The position numbers were made by a program, and so were the translations under genes. Under the pieces are notes generated by a model, which was given only the letters and a program-made list of their open reading frames with translations, did not search any database and was not told where the DNA came from. Positions 25,698 through 37,512 of a stretch of DNA of 64,000 nucleotides are shown piece by piece (the first letter of the stretch is position 1; every line of letters begins with the position of its first letter). Where the stretch lies: positions 5,148,001-5,212,000 of the forward strand of contig NC_058383.1 in assembly GCF_018350175.1 (NCBI RefSeq). Direction: 5' to 3'. The DNA is from Felis catus. Lineage: Eukaryota.

Positions 25698-26212
25698 TAT
25701 ATACGTAGCAAGGGAGAAGGGAAGTAGGGGAGTAAACGCTGGCCAAGGTGTTCTAGATGTTCACAGCTGAATGTGAGCTTAAAGTAAAATTTTAAGAGGA
25801 ACCGCCAAAAGCAGGGATAAGGTAGGATTTCTGAATTACTCGGAAAAATTGAATACAGAAAACTTGAATTCAACAGAAGGCTGAAAAGACATCACAAATA
25901 CACAGCATAAGTGAAGGCTCAGGAACGAGTGTATCAAATCCATAAGCCCCAGAAGTTTGATTTGGCCCCGTGACCTCTTACAGGCACCTTCACATTAGGT
26001 TAAAAGGAAAACAACGATAAAGTCCAGGCATGTTCTGATTGAGACACACATTGAGAGCAGAAAGTGCCCAGGTTGAAAATAAGGAAATAGGGAGAGATGG
26101 GGTAAGGTGTAATGGGTTGAATGGTCCCCCCCTCCCCCCTTCAGTAGATTCTACCGTTTGATTTTCTAAATAGTATTTTGAAACATTCATATTGGGCGCC
26201 TGGGTGGCGCAG

Positions 26213-26410
26213 TCGGTTAAGCGTCCGACTTCAGCCAGGTCAAGATCTCGCGGTCCGTGAGTTCGAGCCCCGCGTCAGGCTCTGGGCTGATGGCTCGGAG
26301 CCTGGAGCCTGTTTCCGATTCTGTGTCTCCCTCTCTCTCTGCCTCTCCCCCGTTCATGCTCTATCTCTCTCTGTCCCCAAAATAAATAAACGTTGAAAAA
26401 AAAAAAAACA
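26213..26410 (+). mobile_element. Young felid-type CAN-SINE with perfect TSD
   Basis: gggcgcctgggtggcgcagtcggttaagcgtccgacttcagccagg head; TSD aaacattcatatt. Confidence 0.93.
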
Positions 26411-26461
26411 AAACATTCATATTATCTAATAATACTAGGACATTTATTAGTATTGGCCTAC

Positions 26462-26760
26462 TGTATTCGGGTCCTGGGCTGCTAGAATAAATGGCCACAG
26501 ACTTGGTGGCTTAAAACAATAGAAATGCGGTGTCTCACAGTCCCAGAGGCCAGAAGTGTGAGGTCCGGGTGTGGGCAGGTCGGTTCCTTTCAGAAGCTCT
26601 GATGGAGGGTCTGCTCTGTGCCTCCCTCCCAGCCTGTGGCGGCTGCCAGTGGTCCTTGGTGGTCCCCCGGTTTGTGGACCCATCATTGTAGTCTCAGCGT
26701 CCACGTCACATGGACGGTGATGCCTCCCCTGCCTTGTATGAGGACAGCTTCTGTGTCTTC
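26462..26760. mobile_element. MLT1-type LTR fragment
   Basis: ggctgctagaataaatggccacagacttggtggcttaaaacaatagaaat...gaggccagaagt. Confidence 0.75.
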
Positions 26761-28358
26761 CTCCTCTGCCTCTGGGTCTGGTTTCTCCTGAATAAATGCT
26801 CTCTTTGACTTGAGCTTTTGCTCCATTTTCTCTTACTAGTCGCTGGCCTGGGCTTGCCCCCATTGGCTCCGTGTTTTCCGGTGCCTCTTGCAGAGGTAGC
26901 TGGAGCTTGCCTTGGGGCTCCTCTGGTGCCTTCTGTACCCTTGAAGTGCAGACAGGATTACCTTGTTCTGAACCTACTCGCTCTTCTCAGATCCCAGTTT
27001 TTGAGGCTCCTCCCTGAGGACCTTCCTCGTGCTGGAATTGTAGGGCAGGTCGTGAGCAGCTCTGGAGAGCTTATCACCAGGCCCAGCAGCATAGACTGAT
27101 GGAGTGCCCGGGACCTTGCGACTGCAGAAATTGTTGGGCCTACGGACTCTGGGGGCTGCTGGGAGGCTGAAGAGAGTGCAGGGCTGGACGGATACAGGAC
27201 CCTCTCAGAGCCATGGCCCCACCAAGGTTGTGAGGCACAGTAGCACGGGCAGAAGGGAGGTGGCCACGGGGAACTGGCTGCAAAACAGCCTGCAGCTGGC
27301 GGTTTCAGAACCGCGGGCCACCACCCTGGCCACCGTCACAGCCACAGTGGTCATGAAACACTAGGCCAGGGATGTCGCTCCAGATGCCAGCCAGGCATAC
27401 CCCAGGGAGCATCTGTTTGTGCCGGTCCCTTTGGGCTCCTTTGGATGCTCTCTGCCCCTGTTCTTGCAGTTTGGGGGGCTGTGGGATCTACCAGTTGCAC
27501 CCACAGCCAGTCTGTGAGTCCTTGGGACATGGAGTCCAGAGAGGCAGACCAGGGCAGCTGTGGCCTCTGACCTCTTTGCCAAGGACGTTAGGTCAGACAG
27601 TAAACCTCTACCCTGCCGCCCAGAGCTCCCCTCCCATCCACCACGCTCCCGCACCTGCCTCACCCTGGGTGCTGGGTTCAGATGGCACTTGGGGCAATGA
27701 GATACCAGCGTCATCACTTTCGTCCCATAGCTTATTTTCTGGGGACCTGGTAGGACAGGTGCACACTTGGGACTGGAATGCTTTGTTACGGTATGTGCAT
27801 GTCTTCTTGCTCAGGAGACGGTACCCAGGGGGTCTGTGCTCGCTTCAGCTCCCACCAGAAATAGACGAGAGTTAATTTGGGATAGTCAGACACACTGAGT
27901 TTTTGGTAAACTTTTTTATTTTTTGAAGAACAGCATATGGTGCGCAAAGTTTGAGTGCACAGCTTGACGAATTCTTACAAATTAAAATTCTCGTGTGACC
28001 CAGAGCAAGATGTGGTTGGGGGGCATTAGGAGTGTCTGTCTGTGTCTCCTCTTGGTGAGCGAATTCCACTCTGTCCCCACAGAGCAGTGTTGTTTGTCTT
28101 GAACTTGATGTAAATGGAATTAAGGTCCTCTCTGTGTCGTCCTTTTACTCCATATCACGCCTGTCAGATTGTTCCATGTAGTGCGTTTGTTCTGTCTCAC
28201 TGCTGTGTAGTGTTCCATCATATGGAATCTACCAGAATAGGTTTCTCTCTCCTCACTGATTGGATGTTGGGTTGTTGCCAGTTTTGGGGAATTCTAAATA
28301 AGGCCGCTGTGGACATTCACGTGTTTGAAAAACTGAGACTTCAGATGGACCATGTGGT

Positions 28359-28466
28359 GGGGCGTCTAGGTGGCCCAGTTGGTTAAGCACCAGACTTCGA
28401 CTCAGGTCATGATCTTGGCATTTGTGGTTTCGAGCCCCGTGTCTGACTCCGTGCTGACCGCTCAGC
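28359..28466 (+). mobile_element. 3'-truncated (tailless) CAN-SINE with 15-bp TSD
   Basis: atggaccatgtggtg at 28345-28359 and 28467-28481. Confidence 0.8.
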
Positions 28467-29582
28467 ATGGACCATGTGGTGTGAGGGAGCCCAGGTCCCG
28501 GGCACTGAGAGTTTCATCTGGAAAATCACCTCCGAATCTGTAGCAAAGAGATGAGAGAATTCCCTTAAGAGCTTTGCCGGCATGGATCTCGAAATCAGCT
28601 CAGAAGCTGTGTCCGAGGTAAAATTTCAGTATTATTAGAACTTTTCCAGGATGAGCACAACTAATTCAGTCTTATCAGGACTACTCCGGGATGAGCAAGG
28701 CTAATTTGGGCAGAGCAGCCCCTCTGCAGTCTTCACTTAGACGTCGTCACCTGTGCCCTTTAAGGCCTTCAAGCGGGCATGAATTTTCAGTGGCTTAGAC
28801 TCGGTGGCCCAGGGATCAGTGAACACATTCAGCCACAGCGGACAGAAAGTCTTGTAAACACAGCTTGCACAGCGCACTGTTTGCTCACACAGCAGAGGTG
28901 GCTGCAGTGTGACAAGTGGCTCCCAAGTGTCAGGACCCAGGCCCTGTGTTGGTCTGGGCCTTTCCCTTCGTCCGGTGGCCGTGACGGTTCCCGCCATCAC
29001 ATCTGCATTCGCGGCAGGAAGGAGGAAGAAGGAGCGGTGTCTGCTTGTGAGCCCCTTTTTATCAAGAAGGCACCACCTTCCCAGGTCCTCCCTGCAGACT
29101 GCTTTCTGACCAGATCTGTCAGTTCTAGCTACAAGGTCACAAGGTCACTTCTAGTTACAAGGGAGGCTGGGAAAGTGATTATTTAGTGAGGAAAGGCAAG
29201 GAAAAAGGGGAGCTTTGGAGGGCCTGGCTTGGCTGACCACGTACAACGCGTTCCTCTTGTGCACACACGGCAGATTTGTTCTTCTGAGCTTGGGAAATTC
29301 AGTGCTGTTATTACCTCTGCCTTTAAAATCTCTAAGAACTTCCTTGTAATGGTTTGTCCAGCAACCTGTTTATTTGCCTTTTAGCCTGTTAAGTTTCCAG
29401 GAGGAATGAACTTGCTTTTCTCTGGTGGACACAATGTCCTATGGGGTGTGAGTGAGAATCCGAGCGTGCTGTTATTTTTGCCTGGCCCAGCCGGTGAGAT
29501 CATCACTCTAGATGTCTTTCTGTCTTTGCAAAGGAGTCTGGGCGACCCTCCTAACGAGAGCTTCCTTCCTTATGTTCTTCAG

Positions 29583-29701
29583 GGAATTCAGTTTCTAATA
29601 GAGAATGACCTGCTGCAGAGCTCCCCAGAGGACGTGGCCCAGTTCCTGTATAAAGGAGAAGGCCTAAATAAGACCGTGATCGGGGACTATCTGGGTGAGA
29701 G
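29583..29701 (+). CDS. CYTH3: CYTH3 exon 5 (119 nt): [39 protein letters not shown](R)
   Basis: Acceptor gttcttcag, donor GAG|gtaagt; end of ORF 29406..29705. Confidence 0.96.
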
Positions 29702-30269
29702 GTAAGTGGAAGGAGAAGGAGCAGCCTGACCTGGGTCCACCCTCCACATCAGGGTCTGTCTCAGTTGCCTGTGGGCCTGGGGGCACACGTGCTGCTCCCC
29801 AGGAATGGTTTGCTCAGTCCCATCCCGTCCTCTCCTCTGCCCTGAGAGGGGAGAGGGGTGCCTCTTTGGGAGCCAGGTGCGGGTCTGTGCTCTCTGGAAC
29901 TTCGCTCAGGGAGCCACAGCAGAACTGAAGACGGCGCTGCCTCTTCTCCGAACCTCAGAAGGCATCTTCGTCTTCTTTTCATGTTTGGTCCAGAAATGCA
30001 CCAGATTTCCTGGTGGTTTTCCTACCCCTGTTACTTGCGGGTATGAATGAAGGTAGGAAGTTAGTTAATTTTTTAAATGGTGAGCAGCTGGTCAGATCTA
30101 CGTTCCCAGCCTTCTCCACTTAAAGGTCTCTTTGACCTGCTTAGCAGAGCCGAGGGCAGAAGTCTAAGTAAGGCAGCACAGCCCCCAAATACGCAAAAGC
30201 AGGTTCTGGTCAAGGACCAAATGAGCATTTTTAAACAAAAGCCCACTGGTTGCTCAACCAGGGTGGTTT

Positions 30270-33210
30270 CTGTTTCTAGCTTTTTGAAACGATCAAAGGC
30301 GGAAAGCAGAACACTTCCCAACTCATTCTATGAGGCCACAGTTTTAAAAAACCTACGGGGGCATCTGGCTGGCTCCATTGGTTAAGCATCCGACTTTGGC
30401 TCAGGTCATGATCTCACGGTTTGTGGGTTCGAGCCCTGTGTCAGGCTCCGTGCTGACAGCTCAGAGCCTGGAGCCTGCTTTGGATTCTGTGTCTCCCTCT
30501 CTCTCTGCCCCTACCTCACTTGTGCTCTGTTTCTCTCTGTCTCTCCTACAGAGGAGTATCTACAACCTAGATAGCAGTGTCCCCTATGACTGTTAGGGCA
30601 AAAACCCTCAAGTAAATATTAGTTAATCAAATCCAGCAATATATAAAAATGACCATATACCTGTACTTTCATCCCCATGAATGCAAGGTTAGTGTAGCAT
30701 ACAAAAGTCAAAGTAATATACTGTATCAGTACAATAAAGCGCAAAACCCACATGATCATCTCAATAGATGCTGGAGAGGCATATGACAGCATTTACTGAC
30801 TCGTGACAAAAGCATTCAACAAACCAGGAGAAGAAAGGAACTTCCTCGACATGATGTTGGGTACCTGTGACACCCCCAAGTTCACGTCATGCTTTCTCCT
30901 TAGAGCAAGAACAAGATAAGGTTGACTGCTCTCACCACTTCTCTTCAACATGGTACTGTCAGTTCTAGTTAGGCAGGAAAAAGAAATTAAAAAGCATCTA
31001 GTTTGGAAAGTAAGAAATAAAACTTGGCTTGCAGAGGACATAATCACTGTGTAGAAAATCCTGAGGAATCACTAAAAACATTAGAACTAACAAGTTCAGT
31101 ACGGCTGCAGGTTACAAGACCAGTATGTCAAATTCAATTGTAGTTGTAAATGGTAGCAATGAACAAATTTGGAAGAGACATTAAGAAAACAGCTCCATTT
31201 TGTAATAATATTAAAAAGAATAAAACCCTTAGGAGTAAATTTAACATAGTACAAAATTTTTACTGTGAACTACGAAACATTGAAAAAAAAATGAAAAGGC
31301 CTGCATAGACGGAAAGAAAGATATCCCATGTTCAAGGATAGGAAGACTTAGTATTGCAAAGAGGACAATACCACCTACATTGATCTATAGATTTAACTCA
31401 TTCCCTATGAAAACCCAGCTAATTTCTTTGTAGAAGTTGACAAACTCATCCCAAAATTAACGTAGACATTTATGGGAACGAAAGTAGCCACAATCATGAA
31501 AAAGAAGAACAAAGTTGCAGAACTCACATTTTTTGACAGACTGAAGCTACAGTAATCAAGATGGGGTGGTACTGGCATAAAGATAGACTTATAGGTCATG
31601 GAATGGAATTGAGAACCTAGAAATAAACCCTCACATTTACTGTCCAAAGGATTTTCAATAAAGATGTCAAGATGGTTCAGCGGGGGAAAGAATGGCTTTT
31701 TTTTTAAATGTTTGTTTTTAGAGAGGGAGGGAGGGAGGGTGGGAGGGATGGAGAGAGGGGGAGACACAGAATCCAAAGCAGTTTCCAGGCTCTGAGCTGT
31801 CAGCACAGAGCCCTACGTGGGGCTCGAACCCACAAACTGCGAGATCATGACCTGAGCCGAAGTTGGGTGCTTAAATGACTGAGCCACCTAGGCATCCTAA
31901 CAATAGTCTTTTCAACCAATGGTCTGATACAGCTGGATGTCCACGTGCGGAAGAATATTACTGGACCACTCACTGTACGCAAAAATTAAAATGGATCAAA
32001 GACCTACACATAAGAAGGAAAACTATAGAACGCTTAGAGGAAAACATAGGGGTAAATTTTTGTGACTTTGGATTAGGCAAGAGTTTCTTAGATGTGACTC
32101 CAAAAACATAAACAGCAAAAGAAAAATATAGATAAAATGGATATCATCAAACTTGAAAACTCTTGTGCTTCATAGGACCTCATCAAGAATGTGAAGAGGC
32201 AGCCCACAGAATGGGAGAAATTTTTTTATAAATCATATATAAATCCGATACAGACTTCTATCCAGAATATATGAAGAAGTCTTAACCACTCAATAATAAA
32301 AAAGACAATTATAAAATGAGCAAAGTCTCTGAATAGATGTTTCTCCCAAGAGGATCCATAAATCAGTTTATGATAAGGTCATAAGGAGAATGGCTAATAA
32401 GCACATGATGGGATGGTCAACATCATTAGCTGTCAGGGAGCTGATCAAAACCACAGTGGGATACTACTTGACATCTACTGGGGTGTCTATAATAATAATT
32501 TTAAAAGACCGTTAAGATTCTGTGTCTCCCTCTTTCTCTCTGCCACTCCCCTGTTTGCGCTGTGCCCCTCTCTCAAAAATGAACATACGTTAAAAAAAAA
32601 ATGTTGCCAAGGATGTGGAGAAATCAGTCATACGCTGCCAGTTGGATAAAAAGTGGCTGTGGCACTTCCTGAAAATACTAAAGTCACCGTGTGACCCGGG
32701 TTTATACCCAAGAGAAGTAAAAACCTATGTGTGCACAAATGCTTGTGCACAAATGTTCATAGCCACCTAATTCTTGATAGCCAAAGAGTGGAAACCGTTC
32801 AGATCCGTCAACTCAGATATCCCTCAGCTGACGGACGAACACGATGTGCTATGTCCATACGGTGGGGTATTACGTGGCAGCGAGGAGAAGCAGAGGCCTG
32901 ATACGAGCCGCAATCTGGACGAACACACTAAGATCGTACAAGAAGCCAGTCACGAAGACCACGTATTGTGTTCCTCCGTTTATATGGAGCGCTCAGAAGA
33001 GGTGAATTCACACAGACAAAGAGCAGACCAGTGGTTGCCTGGGGCTGGCAGAGGGCGAGGAGAAGGGGCTGGGGTTTCTTTTTGGGGTGTTAAAAGTATT
33101 CAGGAATGGATTGTGGTGATGGTTGCACAGATACGCTTGGAACCATCGAATGGTACCCTTGAAATTGGACAGTTGTATGGAGTGGGAATTAGGTTTGAAT
33201 GGAGCTGCTA
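30270..33210 (+). mobile_element. Old degenerate L1M (ORF2 remnants to 3' end) interrupted by CAN-SINEs at about 30357-30546 (+), 31697-31897 (-) and 32515-32600 (+ fragment)
   Basis: Remnants LPNSFYEA, atgatcatctcaatagatgc, KWIKDL..KTIERLEENIG and L1M 3' motifs (gtggtgatggttgcaca). Confidence 0.85.
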
Positions 33211-35527
33211 AAAAGGACAAAAACAAAACCAAACCACAAAACCTGATGAGTGACCCGGGGATTGTGGCACCTCCTTGAACCTCAGCTTCCATGAGGGCCT
33301 GAGTCTGAGCTCTCCGCCGCTCTCTGGCAGGCATGTGAGATTAACTGCAGAACTTGTGCGAAGTGCAGTCTGGCAATTTCCTGTAGGCTACAAATACTGA
33401 GTGCCTGCAGGATTTGAGTTCCAAAAAACGCGAAGTTCTGAGTCCGTGCCAGGCTCTGTTTTAGGCCCATGGGTTGTGTTTAAAAAAAAAAAAAAAAAAA
33501 AGCATTCGCCCACTCGGGGAGCTGTAATCTGCCAGAACGATACAGGCATTACGTGATAAGCATGATAAATACGAAAACCGGTTCTGTCCTTTGTTGGAAG
33601 GTGATGGGGCGGAGTAGAGGCGCATAAGGGCTTTGGGTGAGCTGAGGTAGGGGTGTTAGGAGCCGGTTGTGATGGGCTGGTCAGGGTCCTGTCATTGACA
33701 ACATGATGTTTGTGCAAGGGCAGAGAGGGGACGAGGGTGTTCTGCAGGCAAGTGTTGTGTTGGAGGCCAGCAGGACAGGCAGAGGGTCATGGGTGGGAGC
33801 GTGCCTTGCCTAGTGTGTTTGGGGCCGTGTGGCTGGAACAGAGGGAGGGGGAGGGTGACAGAGGTTCTCAGGGTGACGATGGCGCCCTCTGTCCATTCCT
33901 GGGGGGACAGGGAAGGACATGGTCTGAGTCACAACTCGAGCCGACCACTCTGGAATAGACTGTTGAGTGGTGGGTGAGCAACAGCAGAAGCAGTGGGGCC
34001 AGCAGGGAGTGGCTCCCATCAGGCTGGGGGGAGCGGGGTCGGCGGTGGGGTCGGGGTGAGAAGTGCTCAGGTTCCGGGTTTGAGGTCGAGCTGGGTTTGA
34101 GGTCGAGCTGGCGGGAAGTTCTGGCGGTGGAGCCACCGTCAACAGGGACCAGCAGCAGCTGTGGGCGTGGTCATTGGGGCCGGTTGACCCCTTGGGGGCC
34201 GGGGTGGGGGGCATCCAGGTGGAAGGTTCAGAGAAGGGGCCCGCAGGAGACAGAAGCCCCAGCGTGGCTGGCTCAGAGGTGGTGTTTAAATCCGTGGGGA
34301 GTGTGGCTGGAGCTGAAGAGTAGACCCAGGACTGAGCCTCAGGAGCGCCCCTCAACGGAGGACAAATAGGCAGCTGGAGTAGGGCTTGATTTTCCTCTCT
34401 GGTCCCGCCCTCGGGTCTGGAGGCCCCTAGCTCCTTCCCTGGGGGCGTGTGATAACCCGGCTGTCCTCTTGCCAAGAGGCAGGCGTTGGGACAGTGGGTG
34501 GGGGTTGGCCTTTAACGCAGACCCTTGTGGCTCTAACCTGGCTGCCTGCTGCCATTCCTGGGGTGCTCCCACCGGACCGCGCCCTTACTGGCGCCCTGGT
34601 GCCATCTCCTCAGGCCATTGGCCAACCCCTGTGGTGTTGGGCCTGCTCCCCGGGCTTTGTCACTGGTGCTCATGGGCCGTGAGCCCGCTGCTTCCTGGGG
34701 CGCTCCATTAGTGCCCCGTGTGCGCAGGACCCCACGGCCTCAGCAGCTTCCCCCCGGCCGGCCGCTGAGCTCAGGGAAAGGAGGGTAAAGTGCTCTGAGC
34801 CGGTGCCCCGCACAGCCCTGCGGGTGGCTGCCGGGGTTCCCTTTGCTGGTGGCGCTGAGCCACAGCCGTTCCTTGTGGTTGACTGATGGCGCACTGGCCT
34901 GGCATCTCCGAGGGGAAGGCGGACCCCTGACTTGTGGCTGCGGCCTTGCCGAGGCCACACCGCCCTGTGGCAGCTACAGCGTTTCTCTGCCTGAGGTGTC
35001 CTTACTGTCCCTTGTGACCATAACCTGGGGAAGCAGTGTGGAGTGAAATCCCAGTCCCAGCGAAGCACATTGTTGGCCTCTTTCACGTTTATGTAAAAGT
35101 TCAGGCCCTTTATTCTCACGCTTAGTTTGGTTTTAAAAGCTCTTCCAAACTGACCCAGCTACTGGGCCCCCTCAGCCCACCTGTGAAGCATGGACGCTGT
35201 CGGAGGCCGCTGCTCAGGAAACTCAGGAGACCACGTGCATCTTGCCCTTTGGGCCCTGTGCTGCCGCAGGGTCTGGGCATGGCTCTGGCAGCCGCCTGGG
35301 GTGTCCCGACGGCCTCCCTACCCTGGCCGCACTGACTGTGATGTAAACTAATGTCCTGTCGAGTCCCTTCTGCCCGAAGCCTGAGACCAGACGTGCCGTC
35401 ACGCCGATCCTAACTTTGAGTTACGCGGCATGAAAAACCACAAACGTTTGCTGTAGGAAATGTCTTCCTTTTGAAAGGATTGAAATCCTGTGCATTGGCC
35501 TCGGACCGCATTTGCTTTCTTTCCCAG

Positions 35528-35608
35528 GGACGATTTCAACATTAAAGTTCTTCAAGCGTTTGTCGAGCTCCATGAGTTTGCTGATCTGAACCTCGTCCAA
35601 GCCTTAAG
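35528..35608 (+). CDS. CYTH3: CYTH3 exon 6 (81 nt): (R)[26 protein letters not shown](R)
   Basis: Acceptor tttctttcccag, donor AAG|gtaagt; phase 2 to 2. Confidence 0.95.
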
Positions 35609-36450
35609 GTAAGTGTTGGAGCCTCGGCTGTTCTCGAGAAGGTGGGGGGCAGCTGCAGCCAGAGGCCGGGTGCTCACAGCACAGAGGCCCGCGACAGGCA
35701 CTCTCGGACCCAGCTGGTGCCTGCCCTGGTGGGACCGCCGGTGTGCACTCTGGCCCCAGCCCCTTTGCTCTTCTGTGCTCTCCCCTGGTATTTGACAGTC
35801 AGGTGCGCACTTTCTTCCCAGAAAGCTCTGCGGCTCAGTCTCTGTGCCACCTGGGTACAGGCCCGCTTCTTGCTGCATTTGGTCTAAATCAGCAGCCTCG
35901 TGGGTACCTTCCCTGCGCGTGCCCCCCACCCCCCAGGTGTGACAGCAAACCTGTGGATGCTCAGCCATCAGAGGCGGCCCCCTGGTCCCTGTCTTGTCCC
36001 GGTAAAGCCAGGTGTCACTGCGTATCAGGCTGAGTGGGGGAGGATGGCCCTCAGACACTCCTGCGTGGCCCTGAGCCACGCTGGCCGCTGCCGTGGAAGT
36101 GCCCGGTCATCCCTCTGGTTGTGCCCTTGAGGCACCATCCCGTACACTCCGCTCTTCTGCAGCGCTGACAGCATCCGTTTCCTTCTCCGGTGCCCCCCGC
36201 TGGGGCTCCGATGGCTGTGCGCTGAGCCAGGGCCACACAGGCTCCGTCGGGTCTGGCTCCAGCTGGTCAGTCGCGGGGCCTAGAGCCGGGGCTTCCGGGT
36301 GGGGATGCCAGCCGGCCCTGTAGTGAGTGGTGCCGGGCTGCCCCCAGCACCCCAGGTCCCTCTGCCGGCCGCCCTGCTGTCCTGTGTCCCCGCACCCAGC
36401 AGCCTTTACCGTGGAAACGCCATCGTCCCCTCCTGTCCATTTCTCCGCAG

Positions 36451-36563
36451 GCAGTTCCTGTGGAGCTTCCGACTTCCGGGTGAGGCTCAGAAAATCGACC
36501 GCATGATGGAGGCGTTCGCGTCCCGCTACTGCCTGTGCAACCCGGGCGTCTTCCAGTCCACAG
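36451..36563 (+). CDS. CYTH3: CYTH3 exon 7 (113 nt): [37 protein letters not shown], contains the Sec7 catalytic glutamic finger
   Basis: Acceptor ttctccgcag, donor CAG|gtcggt; FRLPGE motif. Confidence 0.96.
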
Positions 36564-36663
36564 GTCGGTGAGGGCCGGGTCCCGGCGCCCCACCAGAGCC
36601 CTCTGCCCAGGCCCCGCTGGCCTGGCGGACGGCTGAGCGCCCCTGCGCCCTCTGCCCTTTCAG

Positions 36664-36812
36664 ACACCTGCTACGTGCTGTCCTTCGCCATCATCATGCT
36701 CAACACCAGCCTCCACAACCACAACGTGCGGGACAAGCCCACAGCCGAGCGCTTCGTCACCATGAACCGCGGCATCAACGAGGGAGGAGACCTCCCAGAG
36801 GAGCTGCTGCGG
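36664..36812 (+). CDS. CYTH3: CYTH3 exon 8 (149 nt): (D)[49 protein letters not shown]
   Basis: Acceptor ccctttcag, donor CGG|gtgagc; Sec7 motif IMLNTSLHN. Confidence 0.96.
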
Positions 36813-36950
36813 GTGAGCCCCGCTCCCGGGCCCTGCACCGGCCCTCACTCCACCGAGCCCGGTGCCTGCCACCCTTGGGGACGTGGTGCAGATGGGCCCT
36901 TTCTCCCCCGCCCGCATCCCTGAGCTCCCCGTGGCCTGTGTTCCTCACAG

Positions 36951-37062
36951 AACCTGTACGAGAGCATCAAGAACGAGCCGTTTAAGATCCCGGAGGACGA
37001 CGGCAACGACCTGACGCACACGTTCTTCAACCCCGACCGCGAGGGCTGGCTCCTGAAGCTGG
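36951..37062 (+). CDS. CYTH3: CYTH3 exon 9 (112 nt): [37 protein letters not shown](G), Sec7-PH linker and PH start
   Basis: Acceptor ttcctcacag, donor TGG|gtgagt; ends phase 1. Confidence 0.96.
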
Positions 37063-37509
37063 GTGAGTGGCGGCCGGCGGGCGGGACCCGCGCTCGGAGC
37101 CCCCAGCCCTCGGCAGCCAAGGCCCCCGACCAAAGGCAGAAACGTTAAAGGCGAAGGCCGATGGGCCGAGTCCGCCCGCGGCGGCCGGCCGCTCGCCCCA
37201 GACTCGATGGCTGCCGCTTTGAGCCCCGCCCTGTCCGCACGAGGCCATCCTGTCCGTGTCCACGGCGGAGAATAACGCCCGGGCTGCACGAGCGTCCCAG
37301 AAAACTGCTCAGTTAGCATCCAGATACACCCAAGGCAGTTTTCTGCACCAGATGCAGGTGCATTTCCTGCGAGAACCTGCGTGCCTCTCTCTTGGTTTGG
37401 TGTGGCTGATTTTTGATGCGTGGTTTAAATGTGCCTTCTTGTTTTCCTTCTGCCTGTGGCTCCCACCTTTCTGTTCTGTGACGGGCTGTCCCTGCTTGTT
37501 CTGCGTTAG

Positions 37510-37512
37510 GAG
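37510..37512 (+). CDS. CYTH3: CYTH3 alternative 3-nt microexon (GAG) adding the third glycine of the PH-domain tri-glycine isoform
   Basis: Long pyrimidine tract, then ctgcgttag|GAG|gtacgt; inclusion gives G|GA G|GA GGG CGG = GGGR instead of GGR, matching the known cytohesin di/tri-glycine splice. Confidence 0.85.

Noticed and set aside
26213..26290. tRNA-like A/B boxes (gttcgagccc) as tRNA genes
   Set aside because: These are CAN-SINE heads followed by CT repeats, A tails and TSDs; the recurring MAQSVK.../EPGACF... ORFs are also SINE artefacts.
29406..29582. In-frame Met-initiated extension upstream of CYTH3 exon 5 as an alternative first exon
   Set aside because: No promoter features seen; a strong acceptor sits at 29582; short open frames into introns are common.
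34076..34109. 17-bp tandem duplication gggtttgaggtcgagct x2 (and an imperfect repeat at about 28643-28706)
   Set aside because: Only two copies, ordinary slippage; not an array or CRISPR-like structure.
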